Assembly: GCF_000018105.1 (NCBI RefSeq)
Contig: NC_009925.1
Coordinates: 1,620,001 to 1,652,000 of the forward strand
Source of the DNA: Acaryochloris marina MBIC11017
GTDB lineage: Bacteria; Cyanobacteriota; Cyanobacteriia; Thermosynechococcales; Thermosynechococcaceae
DNA length: 32,000 bases
Direction: 5' to 3'
Shown here: positions 28,944 to 32,000 of the stretch, one piece after another
Layout: the number at the start of each line of letters is the position of its first letter
How positions within the stretch are numbered: the stretch's first letter is position 1
Translations under genes and position numbers: made by a program
Notes under the pieces: model-generated
What the model was told of the DNA's origin: nothing
The model's input: the letters and a program-made list of their open reading frames with translations, nothing else
Databases searched by the model: none

Positions 28944-30737
28944 ATGAACAAGCGCAGTTTTTCGATTACTAATAAAGCTTCTGTCTCTTTATCTTCAATT
29001 TTAGATAGTCAGCGTCAACATCAAAGACCTACACCAGCGGCCAGATCGACTGGCTTTTTGAGTGATGCTGAAACACCAACATTACCTCAGGATATTGTGG
29101 CGGTCAGTATTAAGGTTAGTGATAAAACAGCCTTTGATGCTAGTTACCCAACATTAGCGCCAGAAGAACAGCTTGTTCCTATTGGGGATGAATTCTACTC
29201 AGGTAAATTAAGTGTCTCCCACCTCCAAGGATTACTTAGTCATGCGAATGTAGAGCGCATCGAAACCAAAAAGACTCATAGTCTGACTTTGGATAGAGCC
29301 TCTACGGATATTGAGCTGTTAACAGCGGGAGGAAGTCGATCTATTCCCCAGACAGGAAAAGATGTTTTGGTGGGAATCGTAGATTCGGGATTCGATCTGT
29401 CTCATCCTATGTTCCGAGACGTTAGTGGTAATCTCCGAGTCGTGGCCTTATTGGATCAGACCAATGGTAATCAAGAATACAATACAAGCCAGTTGCAAAC
29501 GCAATGGGGGGCCGGTGGCTCTAGACCTGGCGAAGATAAGGATGGCCATGGTACTCATGTTGCATCTATCGCTGGAGGGAGTAAGTTAGACCAATATGAG
29601 GGAATCGCGCCTGATGCTAAATTCTTGCTGGTTAAAACAGATTTTACCAATGTGGATTTAGCCGTATCTTGGATTTACGATCAAGCAGATGGCAATCCAT
29701 GTGTCGTCAATCTCAGCCTTGGGTATCATTTCGGCGCACATGATGGAACGAGTAATGAAGAACGTTTGTACGATACCTTGGTCGGTCCTGGAAAAATCTT
29801 GGTTGTGTCCGCCGGGAATGAGCGGAATGACTCGATTCATCTGAATGGCATGTTTGTCCCCAACCAATTGGAAGAAGTTGTCTTTGATATTTTGCCTCGC
29901 AATTCCGCCGGCGTTCCTCCCTTTGTGGCTACGACTTTCTGGTATCCGGATAATGATGACTACGAACTAGATTTAATCACACCATCTGGTCAGGCACTTC
30001 CAACCCCGACTCTGGGTAATACGGATAGCTATAGCGCTGGAAATCTGAGTATAGAGATTAGCCGAACAGCTTACACCATCAGCGATCTAACACAAATTCA
30101 GATCTCTATTAGCTTTAGTAACTTTAGTATTCCTCCTGGTAGCTTGCAGAATTGGCGTTTTCGTATTCGTTGTGTGTCGGCAACTACAGGCAGATTTGAT
30201 GCCTGGTTTCATAATTCAGGCTTTGCACGATTCCGATCTCATCCTTTAGTACAGGCTCAAGGGACTATTGGTATCGCCGCAACTGCCCGTGGTTGTATCG
30301 CTGTTGCTAGCCATGTTTCCAAGAATAGTTGGGATAGTGATGATGGTCCGCAACAAGATCTTATGGCAGTGATGGGTCGCTCTAGTAGTTTTAGTAGTCT
30401 GGGTCCCACTCGCGATGGACGATTGAAACCTGAAATTTCTGCTCCGGGCCAATATATTACTGCGGCACTGGCTGAGAACTCAGACTTATCAGATGTTAGT
30501 GTCCGAGCTGATGAGACCAATAGTTTGCTGACGATTGAAGGCACAAGCATGTCAGCTCCAGTTGTGACTGGAGCAATTGCATTGATGCTGCAAAAAAATC
30601 CTAGTCTAACGCCGGAACAAGTGAAAGAGATTTTGAAAGAGTCTGCTAAAAAAGATGCACATACGCAAGATACAGCTTGGACGCCTGCCTACGGTTATGG
30701 AAAGTTGGACATTGCCGCAGCAGTAAGCAGAGTTTAA
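28944..30737 (+). CDS. S8 family (subtilisin-like) serine peptidase, no signal peptide, with a large insert between the Asn and Ser motifs
   Basis: The catalytic residues are Asp in VGIVDSGFD (aa 147), His in DGHGTHVASIAGG (aa 202), Asn in VVSAGNE (aa 291) and Ser in IEGTSMSAPVVTG (aa 535). The N-terminal 30 aa are polar (MNKRSFSITNKASVSLSSILDSQRQHQRP). Confidence 0.85.
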   Translation: MNKRSFSITNKASVSLSSILDSQRQHQRPTPAARSTGFLSDAETPTLPQDIVAVSIKVSDKTAFDASYPTLAPEEQLVPIGDEFYSGKLSVSHLQGLLSHANVERIETKKTHSLTLDRASTDIELLTAGGSRSIPQTGKDVLVGIVDSGFDLSHPMFRDVSGNLRVVALLDQTNGNQEYNTSQLQTQWGAGGSRPGEDKDGHGTHVASIAGGSKLDQYEGIAPDAKFLLVKTDFTNVDLAVSWIYDQADGNPCVVNLSLGYHFGAHDGTSNEERLYDTLVGPGKILVVSAGNERNDSIHLNGMFVPNQLEEVVFDILPRNSAGVPPFVATTFWYPDNDDYELDLITPSGQALPTPTLGNTDSYSAGNLSIEISRTAYTISDLTQIQISISFSNFSIPPGSLQNWRFRIRCVSATTGRFDAWFHNSGFARFRSHPLVQAQGTIGIAATARGCIAVASHVSKNSWDSDDGPQQDLMAVMGRSSSFSSLGPTRDGRLKPEISAPGQYITAALAENSDLSDVSVRADETNSLLTIEGTSMSAPVVTGAIALMLQKNPSLTPEQVKEILKESAKKDAHTQDTAWTPAYGYGKLDIAAAVSRV

Positions 30738-30763
30738 TCCCAACATAATCTCCCCAAGAGAAT

Positions 30764-31030
30764 TTATTTAACATCTTTTTGGGGAGCTTGATACATTTGA
30801 TGAGCTTGCTTGATCTCGACTATCGCGAGATCTTCTAATGCCTTCACAGCTTCAGGATTTATTTCGGCCGAAATAAATCCTGAAGCAGGGATTTTTAAAT
30901 TTTCTGCGCCAGATTGCTGTAACTTATTGACTATTTCTTCTTGGGTATGTTCACCACGCGGCGAAATCAGTGCAGGAAGCTTACATGATGATGTATTAGA
31001 TGGAGAAGTATGGGCAGGTTGTAACCACAT
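30764..31030 (-). CDS. small protein resembling a subtilase propeptide (inhibitor I9-like)
   Basis: The ORF is 88 aa. GFISAEINPEAVKALEDLAIVEIKQAHQM parallels EFYSGKLSVSHLQGLLSHANVERIETKKTH in the N-terminal region of the adjacent S8 peptidase. It also fits the I9 pattern gFsa.l....l..L...p.V..vE. Confidence 0.4.
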   Translation of the reverse strand: MWLQPAHTSPSNTSSCKLPALISPRGEHTQEEIVNKLQQSGAENLKIPASGFISAEINPEAVKALEDLAIVEIKQAHQMYQAPQKDVK

Positions 31031-31048
31031 GGGCTAAAGATTTAGACT

Positions 31049-31323
31049 TTACCTCTTAATACTAGCCTCTTGCTGATGAGTTGTTGTGACCTCACTAACA
31101 AAGCTGAGTGCCACATGATACCAAAGTAAATAAGCTGTCATTTGTGGGTTGCCCCCAGGGAGAGGTGGGGCGGATAAATCGGCTACATAGATTATTTTCA
31201 CTTCCCTAGTCTCTTTTGGTGTCGTTTCGCCTAATTCAACCGCTTTGCCAAAAACCCCCCGATAAATGTTGCTTGCTTAATGTGATTATGTCGATAATAG
31301 AACTCTTGCACAATTCGTTTCAT
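31049..31323 (-). pseudogene. small ORF of unknown function split by a frameshift at a G6T5 homopolymer
   Basis: From the ATG at 31323 one frame reads MKRIVQEFYYRHNHIKQATFIGGFLAKRLN*. A second overlapping frame continues IYRGVFGKAVELGETTPKETREVKIIYVADLSAPPLPGGNPQMTAYLLWYHVALSFVSEVTTTHQQEASIKR*. The two join across 31250-31260. Confidence 0.3.
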
Positions 31324-31396
31324 GATGCTGTTACTCACTTAATTTCTGTCGCGATCTGACTTGAATTTTTAGTCCTCTACCATATCGGTAACTGGA

Positions 31397-31627
31397 TTAT
31401 GGAAGAGGTCTAATGATGTAGACGATACCATAGGGAAATCTTCTCAGGAACAACGGCGTATCTGCCTATCGAGTACTTTCTAAGCTCTTGGATTCTGAAC
31501 GACTCGCTGGACAGTCGCATCTACTGCTTCACAAAACTCTCGCCCTAGCTCAGAACGGTTAACCTCATAGAAGTTGGCGGCAGCTTCAACTTCAAGAAGC
31601 TGGAGTAAGAAAACGATATTTCTTCAA
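31397..31627 (-). pseudogene. decayed ParE/RelE-family toxin gene
   Basis: The fragments are LKKYRFLTPA, then LLEVEAAANFYEVNRSELGREFCEAVDATVQRVVQNPRA*KVLDRQIRR, then LRRFPYGIVYII. They lie in different frames with an in-frame TAG. The start overlaps the antitoxin stop (TTGA). Confidence 0.6.
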
Positions 31628-31837
31628 CGAGATAACTTTCCTTTCAGTTCTGAAAGGACACATTCACCATCCACAGCCTCAATTTCACCACGCTGGTAGG
31701 AATTTAAGCGATCGTTCGATCTTTCAGCCATGCCTGTAATGAGCTGGATAAAGGCTCTGCCACAGCGTATCAATTAGCTGCGATCTCTCGAATGGTGAAA
31801 GCTTCAGAGCTGCTTCCCTGAGGAGAACGCTATCCAT
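31624..31837 (-). pseudogene. frameshifted addiction-module antitoxin (TIGR02574-like)
   Basis: The N-terminal fragment MDSVLLREAALKLSPFERSQLIDTLWQSLYPAHYRHG* is in one frame. The C-terminal fragment (FIQLITG)MAERSNDRLNSYQRGEIEAVDGECVLSELKGKLSR* is in the +1 frame. Together they match the usual single antitoxin. Confidence 0.55.
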
Positions 31838-32000
31838 AGATTCCTACGCCCCTATTCGTTTTGGTTTATTGAATCAATGACATCTTCGCTACCCCACATT
31901 ACAGCGATCGCCCTCTTCACCAAACGCGATCTCATGGAAATTTGAAGATATCAGCACATTAGTAAAGCAGATTCCTAGATCTTCAGCCAAGCGAACAAGT

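Noticed and set aside
31861-32000. A minus-strand open frame entering from the right edge (LVRLAEDLGICFTNVLISSNFHEIAFGEEGDRCNVG*).
   Set aside because: Only about 35 codons are visible and no motif is recognisable, so it cannot be supported from this window.

Overview
This is a cyanobacterial chromosomal segment. The backbone is about 50% GC, carries scattered HIP1 (GCGATCGC) palindromes, and encodes a partial ferredoxin, ndhN, ldpA, a ycf45-like R3H ATPase, an FSA/transaldolase, speA, psaC, a CAP-domain protein, Fd-GOGAT, a sugar-phosphate isomerase-like protein and a class II amidotransferase. Three accessory patches interrupt it. (i) An AT-rich, HIP1-free island of about 10.7 kb (4770-15515) holds a giant HstK-type Ser/Thr-kinase/P-loop ATPase/GAF/His-kinase gene with an apparent N-terminal homopolymer frameshift. 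It also holds IS debris, one intact IS5-family element with a 3-bp target duplication, and an 893-aa three-module fusion. That fusion joins a heme-oxygenase-like diiron domain, a two-Rossmann flavoenzyme and two MshEN/T2SSE_N-type units, and it is my best candidate for an undescribed function. (ii) Two orphan immunity-like genes lie at 24369-25654. (iii) A patch at 27.4-31.85 kb holds a 24-codon methyltransferase stub, about 1.5 kb without credible ORFs, an S8 subtilase with no signal peptide, a convergent free-standing propeptide-like small gene, a homopolymer-frameshifted small ORF and a decayed ParE/antitoxin pair. I saw no rRNA, tRNA or CRISPR array. All family assignments come from reading motifs by eye, and no database search was possible.
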